This document shows, in pieces, positions 8,252 to 16,723 of a stretch of 64,000 nt of DNA (within the stretch, counting starts at the first letter, position 1; every line of letters starts with the position of its first letter). The notes beneath the pieces are model-generated. The model was not told the DNA's origin. It made no database searches and saw nothing but the letters and a program-made list of their open reading frames with translations. This DNA is from Bdellovibrionales bacterium Ga0074137 (lineage in GTDB: Bacteria > Bdellovibrionota > Bdellovibrionia > Bdellovibrionales > JAMPXM01): contig LNDT01000027.1 of the NCBI GenBank assembly GCA_001464715.1, forward strand, positions 23,746 through 87,745, written 5' to 3'. Both the position numbers and the translations under genes were made by a program.

Positions 8252-9835
8252 TTAGTCCCGTAGCTTAAATTTCGCTTTGATTTTTTCTGAACCCTGGCTC
8301 GCGCTCACTTTTATAACTGGAGTTACAAACACGACGAACTGGCTTTGCTTTCGTGTGAACTGCTTGGACGCGTAAAGCGATATAAGCGGGTTTTCGACCG
8401 ATTGCGGGAGCTTGTTGTAGGCCGTATTGCTGGAATTCAGAATCAATCCACCGATGGCCGCGCTTTGGCCGCTTCGGACCGTGACCTTGGTCTTGACGAG
8501 ACTCGTGGATACGATCGGCCCGTTGGCGCTCATATCGACAAGCTGAGACATACCAAAGTTCATTGCCATCTCGATCGCATCCGAACGGGGATTATTTATT
8601 TTCGCACCAATCTGAGCGCTGAGTCCGATCTTCGATTTGCTGGAGCTTGCGTTGTTCGTCGAGGGTGAGAAAACAGTGTAGGGAATTTCGGTTTCATTCG
8701 AAATAGTACCCTCGCCACCGTCAGTGACCAGCAACGTCGTGCTCTCAAGGACGCGCGCATGACCGTGTTCTTTGGCCCAGTTGAGTTTCGGTAAGAGATT
8801 TGAAATTACAGCCGTGATGGAAGAAACAACACCGCCCGTGCTTCCTGAACTGCTGCTGAGCGTGATTCCCGAGCCATCGCTAATTTCCGGAGTGAACTGG
8901 AATCGGAAGCCTTTTGAGTAGCTCTTTGACAGCTCGACAAAATGCACGACGATCTGAATAATTTTAGCGGGTTCCCGCGCTGGCGCGTCGCGAACACGAA
9001 TCAGATCTAAGACGAATTCCTTTTTGATCTTGATGATCGTGCCTTCTTTTTCACCGGCCTCTTTGATCATGTCGGGAACATACATTTGGGCAATCTGGAC
9101 GGCGCGAGCCTTTTCAAGAGCGTCTGAAACGGTGCCTTGCAAAATAAATTTGTCGTTGATCGTGTCCACGGTGACTTCGGGGTTATTGATGTGATTCACG
9201 ATCAGCTGTGCAATTTTTCGCTGGGCGACGGGACTTAAAGTAACCAAGCTTGAGGCTTGAGTTTCGCCATACTGAGCAATCACGGAGATAATTCTGCTTA
9301 AGTCGCGAGGAAGCAGAACCTGACCGTCGACAACGACGCGGTTATTGATGATTTTAACAGTAATGCCTTCGATGTCCGCGAGCAACGCGCGCATTTCCCG
9401 AACCACTTTTGTGAGGTTACTCTTTTTCACATCAAGAGAAAAATCATAGAGCCGGTTGTCGTCACGGTCATAGACGGTGAGGGTCGCAAAACCTTCTTGC
9501 GTGGCTTGGAATAAAAGAATGGCGCGATCGCTATCGAGGGAAAGCTTCGCTACTTTTTTGTAATCGCCCTTGAATTTCGCTCCTCGCGGAAGGAACGGCA
9601 ACTTTTCTTGATGTTCGATACCAATGAAAAGTCCAATCGTCTTCTGCCGACGTGGGTCTGCTTTTGTCGCCTCAAGCGCTTCTTTTTCTGGCTCGTCGGC
9701 CGGTGGAGGAACGGCAAGTGGTGGCGGAGTGGCTGTTTGGGCGAACGCCGCGTTGAGACCGAGCCAAGACATCTGCGTCACCGTGAAGGCGACAACAAAA
9801 GTCAAAACCCCTCTCATTTTAGTTACGTCGTTCAT
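8252..9835 (-). CDS. cpaC: Tad secretin (CpaC/RcpA family)
   Basis: Start is the ATG at 9833-9835, with a GGGGGG SD. It has a signal peptide. The C-terminal secretin signature is GGLILNSSNTAYNKLP..ENPLISLYASKQFTRKQSQFVVFVTPVIK. Confidence 0.85.
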   Translation of the reverse strand: MNDVTKMRGVLTFVVAFTVTQMSWLGLNAAFAQTATPPPLAVPPPADEPEKEALEATKADPRRQKTIGLFIGIEHQEKLPFLPRGAKFKGDYKKVAKLSLDSDRAILLFQATQEGFATLTVYDRDDNRLYDFSLDVKKSNLTKVVREMRALLADIEGITVKIINNRVVVDGQVLLPRDLSRIISVIAQYGETQASSLVTLSPVAQRKIAQLIVNHINNPEVTVDTINDKFILQGTVSDALEKARAVQIAQMYVPDMIKEAGEKEGTIIKIKKEFVLDLIRVRDAPAREPAKIIQIVVHFVELSKSYSKGFRFQFTPEISDGSGITLSSSSGSTGGVVSSITAVISNLLPKLNWAKEHGHARVLESTTLLVTDGGEGTISNETEIPYTVFSPSTNNASSSKSKIGLSAQIGAKINNPRSDAIEMAMNFGMSQLVDMSANGPIVSTSLVKTKVTVRSGQSAAIGGLILNSSNTAYNKLPQSVENPLISLYASKQFTRKQSQFVVFVTPVIKVSASQGSEKIKAKFKLRD

Positions 9836-9866
9836 TGAACCCCCCGGTTCCAAAAATCAAAAGCTC

Positions 9867-10787
9867 TTACAGATCTCTAAAATTACCCGTTCGCTGCGGC
9901 GCCTTTGGTGCTGGCCGCCCCAGCGGCGGACGAATCAAAGGTTGTTGCGCTTGAGCACTGCCAGGAATTGGTGCCGCCATCATTGATCCGCTGGCAGGTG
10001 TCCGCATCAAGACGGGCTTCTGCAAGATATCCTCGACGAGCGTTGTGCGAATTGGTGCTTGCAAACGATCATTCGGATGTCGAAGTGTCGTGAACAGACT
10101 TCCTGGTGCGGTCGCCAAAATGTAGACCAGCTGCTGCACTTCTTCTGGTTTTGCTTCAACAGTGATTGTCGTAAAGGTCGTCGTCGCACTGAGGTTGATA
10201 CGGTTGATAGTTTTACCGTTGGCATCCAATTCAAAGCGGCGAGGGATTTTATTCATGACGTTGAGTCCAGTTGCCAAGATGACAACGTCTTGAAGAATCG
10301 TCCGCACTTCGCGTCTTTGATCGCCGCCTTTTCCGTAGTCTAAAGCTGCAATAATATCGATGCGGTCGCCCGGCTTCAGAAGCTTCGATACGCCTCGCAT
10401 GTCATCGATGGGAAGAGTGATCGCTCTTTTTCCGGGAGATACTTCCATAGAAAGCCCCGTATCGGCGCCTGGTAAAAGTAGTTTTGTCTGCAGAAGCTGT
10501 TCGCCTTTTTTAATTGGAACAGCGGCAACTTGACCGACGGCACTTTCAGCCTCAGTCACGGCTTCCGGTTGAATGAAGTCTTGCGGTTGATCGATGACTT
10601 CAAGTTTCGATTCATCGATCGTTTCCATTTCAGCGATGTCAGCGGCTGCCACGACAACACGCTTTGTCGTTCCGTACTTTTTCGCCAATTCTGTTTTTTG
10701 CGTTTCAGACCAGCTGTAAAGCATGAAGATCGCAAACATTGCGACGCCGATTGAAATCCAAAGTGTTCGTGTCTCGTTGCCACCCAT
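9867..10787 (-). CDS. cpaB: Flp pilus assembly protein CpaB/RcpC (SAF domain)
   Basis: An AAGGA SD precedes the ATG at 10785-10787. N-terminal TM is TLWISIGVAMFAIFMLY, followed by the SAF-like TKRVVVAAADIAEMETIDESKLEVIDQPQDFIQPEAV..VPIKKGEQLL. Confidence 0.8.
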   Translation of the reverse strand: MGGNETRTLWISIGVAMFAIFMLYSWSETQKTELAKKYGTTKRVVVAAADIAEMETIDESKLEVIDQPQDFIQPEAVTEAESAVGQVAAVPIKKGEQLLQTKLLLPGADTGLSMEVSPGKRAITLPIDDMRGVSKLLKPGDRIDIIAALDYGKGGDQRREVRTILQDVVILATGLNVMNKIPRRFELDANGKTINRINLSATTTFTTITVEAKPEEVQQLVYILATAPGSLFTTLRHPNDRLQAPIRTTLVEDILQKPVLMRTPASGSMMAAPIPGSAQAQQPLIRPPLGRPAPKAPQRTGNFRDL

Positions 10788-10797
10788 AATTAGTCCT

Positions 10798-11316
10798 TCA
10801 TCGATTCCCGCCACAGCGGGCGTTGAGGCAAAGTCCGTATTGCGTCATGACCCAAGCCGGACTAACGCCGATTTGAGTCTGCACTTGTTCATTAACGTCC
10901 GTAAAAACTCGTTCATTGTGAATTGAAGCCGTCGACCGGGATGCATCGGCGGGTATCCCCCCAAGGCCGACGCGAAGAGGGCGCTCGGTCGCTCGAAAAT
11001 CGCTATTATTTGGCGAGGGATCACCCGGCTTAATTTCCTGCCGGATACCGTGAATCCGATTTCCTTTTCGAGCGAAGTGATAAAGTTCGGGTGCGGCTTC
11101 GCCGCGAACATTGTCTCGGAAATAAGTCACGTTCGCGCGTCCACGAAATGTTTCGAAGGCGTAAGTGCGGGCTGCAATTGAATTGAGAATTCCGGTGTGA
11201 ATAATGCCGAACGAACCGAACGAATAGGCGAGCAGAATAATAAAAATCACAAGAAGCGGAATCGTTTCCACCGTTGCGAGGCCTTTTTCGTTGTAAAGGA
11301 TTGTTCGACTTTTCAT
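10798..11316 (-). CDS. TadE-like pseudopilin
   Basis: The ATG follows the upstream stop immediately. Class-III-like signal MKSRTILYNEKG/LATVETIPLLVIFIILLAY, with Glu at +5 after the Gly. Confidence 0.7.
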   Translation of the reverse strand: MKSRTILYNEKGLATVETIPLLVIFIILLAYSFGSFGIIHTGILNSIAARTYAFETFRGRANVTYFRDNVRGEAAPELYHFARKGNRIHGIRQEIKPGDPSPNNSDFRATERPLRVGLGGIPADASRSTASIHNERVFTDVNEQVQTQIGVSPAWVMTQYGLCLNARCGGNR

Positions 11317-11318
11317 CG

Positions 11319-11960
11319 CTAGCACCCGTTGTCCGTTATGAGGCCGACGGCGGCGGCGGGGTTTGCTCCGGTCGAATTTACGTTTTGGTAAGCGGGATCA
11401 AGCGCGATGATCGAAGTCCAACGCGCGCGATTGAACTGTTCGCGGCACTCCGTGGTCGTTACTTCGCGACCTAGGAATGTTTGCACGTTGGCGAAGCCAG
11501 TTTCGCTCTGAGTTTTTGAACTTCCTAAAAGCGGGATGGTGATATCCAGAATTCTTGCCTCGATGCGAATTCTTGCACCAAAAAAAGTTTCGTTGTCGTC
11601 GTTTGGATCAGATCCATACTCGACATTGAATCCGCTCTCGGGGTTGCCATAGTCCGGCTGTGCAGGAAGGCGGAACCATCCACGGCCAAAGATATTTTTA
11701 AAAATCGGACGATCGCGCAGCTCGGCGTATTTTCTGTTTCCTAGAGCGCTTTGTTCGGCTCGGGTCTCGTGGGCTCCCAGCGCCGTTCGCGCCACGGCGA
11801 ACGAGATATACTGAGTCACTTCCATCAACGAAAGGGTCAGCGTTAGGGCAAAGAAAACCATAGCGAAGCCCATGCCAAGTAGCAGAGCAAAGATGAAGTC
11901 GAGCGTAAGAATTCCGCGTTCATTGCGGAGCGCGCGGCCTAGATGATATCGACTTTTCAT
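11319..11960 (-). CDS. TadE/TadG-like pseudopilin
   Basis: The ATG at 11958-11960 overlaps the upstream stop (ATGA). N-terminus MKSRYHLGRALRNERG/ILTLDFIFALLLGMGFAMVFF has Asp at +5. Confidence 0.6.
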   Translation of the reverse strand: MKSRYHLGRALRNERGILTLDFIFALLLGMGFAMVFFALTLTLSLMEVTQYISFAVARTALGAHETRAEQSALGNRKYAELRDRPIFKNIFGRGWFRLPAQPDYGNPESGFNVEYGSDPNDDNETFFGARIRIEARILDITIPLLGSSKTQSETGFANVQTFLGREVTTTECREQFNRARWTSIIALDPAYQNVNSTGANPAAAVGLITDNGC

Positions 11961-12223
11961 GTCGAATCCCCCTGTCGCGATTGATGTCTGGCTCGATGAT
12001 TGGGATGCATTGATTTTGAATCTGTATGCCGAACCCACACGCCATTCTCGACCATGCCGCGAATCGAACTCCACGGGCCTTCGACGACGTTTCGCATAAG
12101 ACCTTCGGATTTGGCGAGGCTTGAAATTTTGATCGCAACAATCGTGACGACCAAAAGAATCAAAACAGCTTCCATCGAAGCTTGGCCTGCGTTTTTCAAG
12201 ATGAGGCTTGTCGAGTTTTTCAT
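11957..12223 (-). CDS. small pseudopilin-like protein (88 aa)
   Basis: The ATG at 12221-12223 overlaps the cpaA stop (ATGA). N-terminus MKNSTSLILKNAG/QASMEAVLILLVVTIVAI has Glu at +5. Confidence 0.6.
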   Translation of the reverse strand: MKNSTSLILKNAGQASMEAVLILLVVTIVAIKISSLAKSEGLMRNVVEGPWSSIRGMVENGVWVRHTDSKSMHPNHRARHQSRQGDST

Positions 12224-12759
12224 CGGAACGCTCCCGACAAAACTAAGTGACTGAGCCACCCCAAAAGCAAAGGGGCTGTGAAAGGTATGTGATGCAGTTG
12301 CAAATTTCCTTTTGATCGCGTGATCGCAAGGTTCGTGAGATTGTCACGCAAAAGCCCAAGTTGCCGCCGGGCGATAATCTGCACGACGCCAAAAATCGCG
12401 CCCCAAACGAGTCCGTAGACGCCCGTCCAAAGCACAGCATGCCAGCCGATAAGAATTCCAACAGCAGCCATAAGCTTCATGTCGCCAGCACCGACGACGC
12501 CGATGAGAACAAGGGGAAGAAAAAAGACGATACCGGAACCAAAGCCGAGCGTTGCGGAAATAAACAGAGAAGCCGCTTCGCCGCCAGCGCCGCCAGACAA
12601 TCGCGCCGCCAAACTGGACGCAACAACAGTTAACACCGCAATGACCGACGCAGCTACAAATGAGCGATTCGAGAATTTGCGACTTCGCAAATCCTCGATC
12701 ACCGCCCAAATTAGAATGCCAGTTGCAACAATCAAAGACGCTGCAACTTTTACGGCCAT
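12220..12759 (-). CDS. cpaA: prepilin peptidase, A24 family (CpaA/TadV type)
   Basis: Polytopic protein with both catalytic Asp contexts, WAVIEDLRSRKF and VVGAGDMKLMAAVG. I chose the ATG at 12757-12759 (MAVKVAAS..) as start. Confidence 0.8.
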   Translation of the reverse strand: MAVKVAASLIVATGILIWAVIEDLRSRKFSNRSFVAASVIAVLTVVASSLAARLSGGAGGEAASLFISATLGFGSGIVFFLPLVLIGVVGAGDMKLMAAVGILIGWHAVLWTGVYGLVWGAIFGVVQIIARRQLGLLRDNLTNLAITRSKGNLQLHHIPFTAPLLLGWLSHLVLSGAFR

Positions 12760-12775
12760 GATTCCACTCAACACA

Positions 12776-12994
12776 TCAAAGCTCTCCGGTGGGAGCACGC
12801 GATTCCGGCGCACTCCACCTGTTGCGCTCACCGTCCCAAGTAAAACCACGACCTGTCGTCACGTGTTTTTCGATACGTGCACCAAGTCGCGGCCCCGAGT
12901 CTTTAAACACTTGCATCGGGCCACTTTCTCCAAAGAATGCTCCGCCCAAAATGAACGCGAACATTCCCAGAAGAAGTGTGACTTCCAAAGTCAT
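12776..12994 (-). CDS. small membrane protein (72 aa) with a leaderless Flp-like N-terminus
   Basis: An AGGGGG SD lies 6 nt upstream of the ATG. N-terminus M-TLEVTLLLGMFAFILGGAFF resembles the mature Flp end ATEYILILVAVV. It lies between flp and cpaA. Confidence 0.5.
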   Translation of the reverse strand: MTLEVTLLLGMFAFILGGAFFGESGPMQVFKDSGPRLGARIEKHVTTGRGFTWDGERNRWSAPESRAPTGEL

Positions 12995-13024
12995 GATGGC
13001 CCCCTATCTCTTTAGCGCGGGCGA

Positions 13025-13219
13025 TTAGCCTTCGCTGGTTGCGTCGAATTTTCCAAGGCCCTGGCCAAGGTTCGACATACGATCGTTTACAAACTGAGTG
13101 ATTTGTCTTTTGAAAATGAACGCAACTGTAACAACAGCTACGAGAATCAAAATGTACTCTGTTGCACCCTGTGCGGACTCATCTTTCCAAATCGCTACTG
13201 CTTTTGCTTTGAGAGACAT
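13025..13219 (-). CDS. flp: Flp-family type IVb pilin
   Basis: The ATG at 13217-13219 is preceded by AAGGAGGGGG. MSLKAKAVAIWKDESAQG/ATEYILILVAVVTVAFIF is a Flp-type leader (KDES..G) followed by an EY hydrophobic core. The precursor is 64 aa. Confidence 0.85.
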   Translation of the reverse strand: MSLKAKAVAIWKDESAQGATEYILILVAVVTVAFIFKRQITQFVNDRMSNLGQGLGKFDATSEG

Positions 13220-13470
13220 ATGATCCCCCTCCTTCATTTAGTTCGTTGTTACTTATCGGTCTTGGTTCGAGACGAGTTGAGACTGCTTCGACAGTTCCAT
13301 CGGTCTCTGGACCAAGGCCGAGTTCGCTAACCACCAACCACTATTCTCAATTCGATGCGCTATTCGCACAAGGGGGCCTGTGGGCTTCTTCTTTCGAGTC
13401 GAACTGAAGCGATTTGAATCGAACCCGCCGCCAAGATTGACTTTTTCGCGTCTCAATCTGAAACAGGACC

Positions 13471-14001
13471 ATGATGTCACAGACCGAAGTTCAGCTTTTC
13501 ATGCGTGAGTTTGAGACCCTGACAGACGCTCACGTTTTCGCGAGCAAAGTCTCTCAAACGATCCCGGACGACGCTTCCTCCGGAGCTGGGGGCTTCCGCT
13601 GGATTGATATTTCCGCCACCGCTCGCGGCGCTTGGATCTGCGGAGTCGTCGATAGTTCCATAGATTTCAAATTTGAAATTATCCGAGTGCAGGAGTCGTC
13701 ATTGAAAGCCCTGCTTTCTTTGGGCGATAAGCCCAACCCGTCGATTCGGTCTGTCGGAATTATCGAGGGGACAGACATCGCGCAGGTGATTCGTTCGGCC
13801 GACTTTTTCTCTAAAAAAGTAGGATATCAGCTTTTAGAGATCCGAATTAAAAGAACGGGCACCGTTCCCGGAGCCTACGCTTACTTAGCACTGGACACGA
13901 CGCTCGCATCAGGTGCCGAGGCCGCATCACAAAAACGTTCAGATCTTTTGCCTATGATCGAAGTCCCTCTGGTGGGGGACTACCGCCGGTTTTTCATTTA
14001 G
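13471..14001 (+). CDS. hypothetical cytoplasmic protein (176 aa) diverging from flp
   Basis: ORF with a weak AGGA SD and no signal peptide. No family recognised with confidence (see findings). Confidence 0.5.
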   Translation: MMSQTEVQLFMREFETLTDAHVFASKVSQTIPDDASSGAGGFRWIDISATARGAWICGVVDSSIDFKFEIIRVQESSLKALLSLGDKPNPSIRSVGIIEGTDIAQVIRSADFFSKKVGYQLLEIRIKRTGTVPGAYAYLALDTTLASGAEAASQKRSDLLPMIEVPLVGDYRRFFI

Positions 14002-14009
14002 ATTTTTAT

Positions 14010-15113
14010 CTAAAAACTAACTTGGCAGCTTTCGGAAATGGCACTTTCAAAACGAGACTGCCATTTGATGTCGCCGCGGTTTCGAATTTTAATAAGACCA
14101 CTTTGAAACTCACGGATCGCGGTGCGTTTTAATTTACAGGCCGCCGTGAACGCCGTAACACTTTCTTCCATCTTCTGAAGCTCCAAAGCGGCTTGCGCAA
14201 GACCCAGCTGAGCTTGGAAACTTTTTGGATCATTTTTTACACCCGCCTTGTACCAGCGAAATGCATCCACGTAGTTTTTCTTCTCTGTAAAGTAATCTCC
14301 GAGAGCCGTTTGCACAGGTTCTGACTTTCGAATTTTCCCAGCTGTTTTGACCAGTATCTTTCGCGCTTTTTCTGGCTGCCCTTGCTCGCGGTAGGTCGTT
14401 GCAAGGCGGACGGCATTCATCGGATTCGTGGGATCGCGGCGCAGCCCTTCGAGACAGGTTTCTACAGCTTTTTCAAGAAACGCATCAAGCGCGTAAAGCT
14501 CACAGAGCTGACTGACCCATCGGCCTTTTTTTCCAAAACGCTTCATCATATCTGAAATCAGATCGCGCGCTTCTTGGCGCGATTCCCCTTTGACGAGCTC
14601 GCTCAAAAGACCGTCGTAGGCCGGTACATATTTTACACCTGTCGTTTTCGCGGTGTAATACATAGCGATCGACTCTTCTTTGCGGTCCGCTTTTGCAAGA
14701 GCCGCCGCTAGTAATGTTTGCAGCTGCGCATCTTTTGGAAATCGTGCGTTCGCAAGTTCAAGGGCTCCGATGGCATCGACCGGACGATTTGATTTTCCAA
14801 GTCCGCGCGCCAACAACACCAGCCCGGATTTACCCAGACGGGCCTTGTGGGGTTCGAGCAACTCAACCATGCCGACGTAGTTTTTTTTCCGTTCAAGATC
14901 GACAGCAAGTCGCGTTCGAGAAACGGCGTCCGACGAAGATTCGGACTTAACTTCGGACTTAACTTCGGACTTTGTTTCTCGCTTTGTCTCACTTTGAGAC
15001 AAAGCCTTGGGAACCGGAAAAATAGCGACAGCCAGTATTGCTGCTGCCACGAAAAGCCCCGTTTCGCTCGTGAAATGCTTCATTCTAAGCCACTGCATGC
15101 CGAAACGTTCCAT
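14010..15113 (-). CDS. TPR-repeat secreted protein, TadD-like by context
   Basis: Signal/TM GLFVAAAILAVAIFPVPKALSQ, then a KSEV tandem-repeat stretch (ETKRETKSEVKSEVKSESS), then several TPR-like helices (AIGALELANARFPKDAQLQTLLAAALAKADRKEESIAMYYTA ...). The start is uncertain; alternative ATGs sit at 15098 and 15083. Confidence 0.65.
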   Translation of the reverse strand: MERFGMQWLRMKHFTSETGLFVAAAILAVAIFPVPKALSQSETKRETKSEVKSEVKSESSSDAVSRTRLAVDLERKKNYVGMVELLEPHKARLGKSGLVLLARGLGKSNRPVDAIGALELANARFPKDAQLQTLLAAALAKADRKEESIAMYYTAKTTGVKYVPAYDGLLSELVKGESRQEARDLISDMMKRFGKKGRWVSQLCELYALDAFLEKAVETCLEGLRRDPTNPMNAVRLATTYREQGQPEKARKILVKTAGKIRKSEPVQTALGDYFTEKKNYVDAFRWYKAGVKNDPKSFQAQLGLAQAALELQKMEESVTAFTAACKLKRTAIREFQSGLIKIRNRGDIKWQSRFESAISESCQVSF

Positions 15114-15147
15114 AGAGATAAGTTTGCCTCAATTGAAATGATATTTC

Positions 15148-16095
15148 ATGATGATTTTCAATAGACGACAGCGCGCCTTTAAGATGGCCATCGGCGATCG
15201 CGGACAAGCGTCGCTCGAAATGGTTTTGCTTTTGGTGATTGGAATGCTGATCGCCCTGGGAACCATCTACCGCTTCAACACAGCCTTCAAAAAATATACG
15301 ACCGACATGTATGGCACTTACTACCGTTGTCTTTTGGAAACCGGAGAGCTGCCAGGGGTCGCCAGCGTCTGTGGTGATCGTAAAGCCAGATTTGAAATTG
15401 CGAACGGACGTGAACTTGTTCGCAACGTTCCAGGCTCCGCGGGGACGGGATCGGGCGGCAGCGGTTCTGGAAGCGGCGGAGGAAGTGGCGGCGGAAGCGG
15501 CGGCGGTGGAACTTCGGGGAGCGGCGCCAACAGCGGCTCATCCGGCAACCAAGCGCGCGACAGTTCCAGCAGTGGCGGCGGAGGAGGATCCTCTGAAAGT
15601 GTCGGCGGCAGTAGTCGGTCCAGCGGGGGCGGCTCGGGATCTGTTGTGGGTCGTCTGCGAAATCTGGGTCGACAACGATCGACGGCCGTTGGCCAAGCCG
15701 ACGGCGGTTCAGAGGATGGCGCTTCGGGTTCTGATGGAACGTCTTCAAGCTCTGTCGGCTCTCGCGCAACAAGAGATCAGCTTCGTCGTGCACAAACAAA
15801 AGTGGCCTTTAAAATGGAAAGTGATTCTGGCGGTCGCGAAGAGAAGGCCGCGGTGACTCCGGTTACGGCCTCCTCAGCCACTTCGCGAACGGCGGACCGA
15901 GGTGACTCACTGCGTCCGCGAAAAACTGTGGAGAATACGGATCGGAAGCCCGCAGCTAATTTGGACGAAGGAAAAAGTGGGGGGCTTGAATTCGGAAGAC
16001 TTTTCCGAATTTTCCTCATCATCGTCATCATTGTCGCCATCGCTATATTTTTAGGCGGCCAGGTACTTCAGATTTCCAAAAGCGGCGAGCAGTGA
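15148..16095 (+). CDS. pilin-like N-terminus / Gly-Ser-rich low-complexity / C-terminal TM protein
   Basis: The N-terminus ..MAIGDRG/QASLEMVLLLVIGMLIALG matches the pseudopilin signals in the locus. A roughly 70-aa G/S-only tract spans about nt 15433-15645. The C-terminal TM is LFRIFLIIVIIVAIAIFLGG. An alternative start ATG is at 15184. Confidence 0.6.
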   Translation: MMIFNRRQRAFKMAIGDRGQASLEMVLLLVIGMLIALGTIYRFNTAFKKYTTDMYGTYYRCLLETGELPGVASVCGDRKARFEIANGRELVRNVPGSAGTGSGGSGSGSGGGSGGGSGGGGTSGSGANSGSSGNQARDSSSSGGGGGSSESVGGSSRSSGGGSGSVVGRLRNLGRQRSTAVGQADGGSEDGASGSDGTSSSSVGSRATRDQLRRAQTKVAFKMESDSGGREEKAAVTPVTASSATSRTADRGDSLRPRKTVENTDRKPAANLDEGKSGGLEFGRLFRIFLIIVIIVAIAIFLGGQVLQISKSGEQ

Positions 16096-16216
16096 CCAAG
16101 AGCATCAAGACTCTATTTTTCAACACACGTTAATGCGCCAGATTTTGGTTCCATTGCGGAACCAGACCTGTCATTCAGTCCTCACGTTAGGCCGTTTCTT
16201 TGGGGGGAATGAAGAG

Positions 16217-16678
16217 ATGGGCACGCTCGATTTACGCGATATAATTGGCATCAACCGAAAAAGTGTTTTCAATCTCGACGAGGCTCGCACCTTGTTTCCG
16301 ATCATCTTTCGTTTGACGAAAAGCTACTCGGAACGCGTGCAAGTTTTAATTCAGAAAATCGAAGCCGTTACAGCGGCTAAATCTGGAAATCAGATCGATG
16401 CGACGGAACCGTTGGAAGCGGAAGCGGCCGAACTCATTCAGCAGTGGCAATCGAAAGTTCAAAAACTTGGCGGTCTCCCGAACGGGCATTGGATCGTCGA
16501 TTTTGATTCCGGTGACGGCTATTACTGCTGGAAGTACCCAGAGCGGTCGATTGAGTACTGGCACCACTACCGCGACGGTTTCAGCAAAAGGATCAAACTG
16601 AGCAGTCTCGAGAAGAACCGCGAAGATCAGTCTTTGGATTTGCGGCTGGCTCCGATTGTTTCGGTGAACGATCTTTAG
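16217..16678 (+). CDS. hypothetical protein, possibly DUF2203-like
   Basis: The ATG at 16217 follows GGGGGGAATGAAGAG. The motif GHWIVDFDSGDGYYCWKYPERSIEYWHHYRDGFSKR recalls the DUF2203 family from memory. Not verified. Confidence 0.4.
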   Translation: MGTLDLRDIIGINRKSVFNLDEARTLFPIIFRLTKSYSERVQVLIQKIEAVTAAKSGNQIDATEPLEAEAAELIQQWQSKVQKLGGLPNGHWIVDFDSGDGYYCWKYPERSIEYWHHYRDGFSKRIKLSSLEKNREDQSLDLRLAPIVSVNDL

Positions 16679-16723
16679 CGGAAGAGTTGAACGTTCTACG
16701 ACTGTCGCGTTAGTTTAGTGACG

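Noticed and set aside
13284-13299. Sigma-54-like element TGGAAC-N5-AAGCA upstream of flp (minus strand)
   Set aside because: The GG-N10-GC spacing is right, but the -12 element is AAGC rather than TTGC and no enhancer-binding protein gene is in the locus. The support is too weak to call.
13999-14012. Palindrome TAGATTTTTATCTA between convergent genes
   Set aside because: It is formed by the two facing TAG stop codons and a T-run. The 5-bp stem is too short to assign a function.
15287-15856. ORFs 15287..15799 (-), 15311..15856 (+) and 15321..15548 (-)
   Set aside because: They are alternate frames through the GGC/AGC-rich Gly/Ser tract of CDS 15148..16095, with Arg/Pro/Ala-rich nonsense composition.
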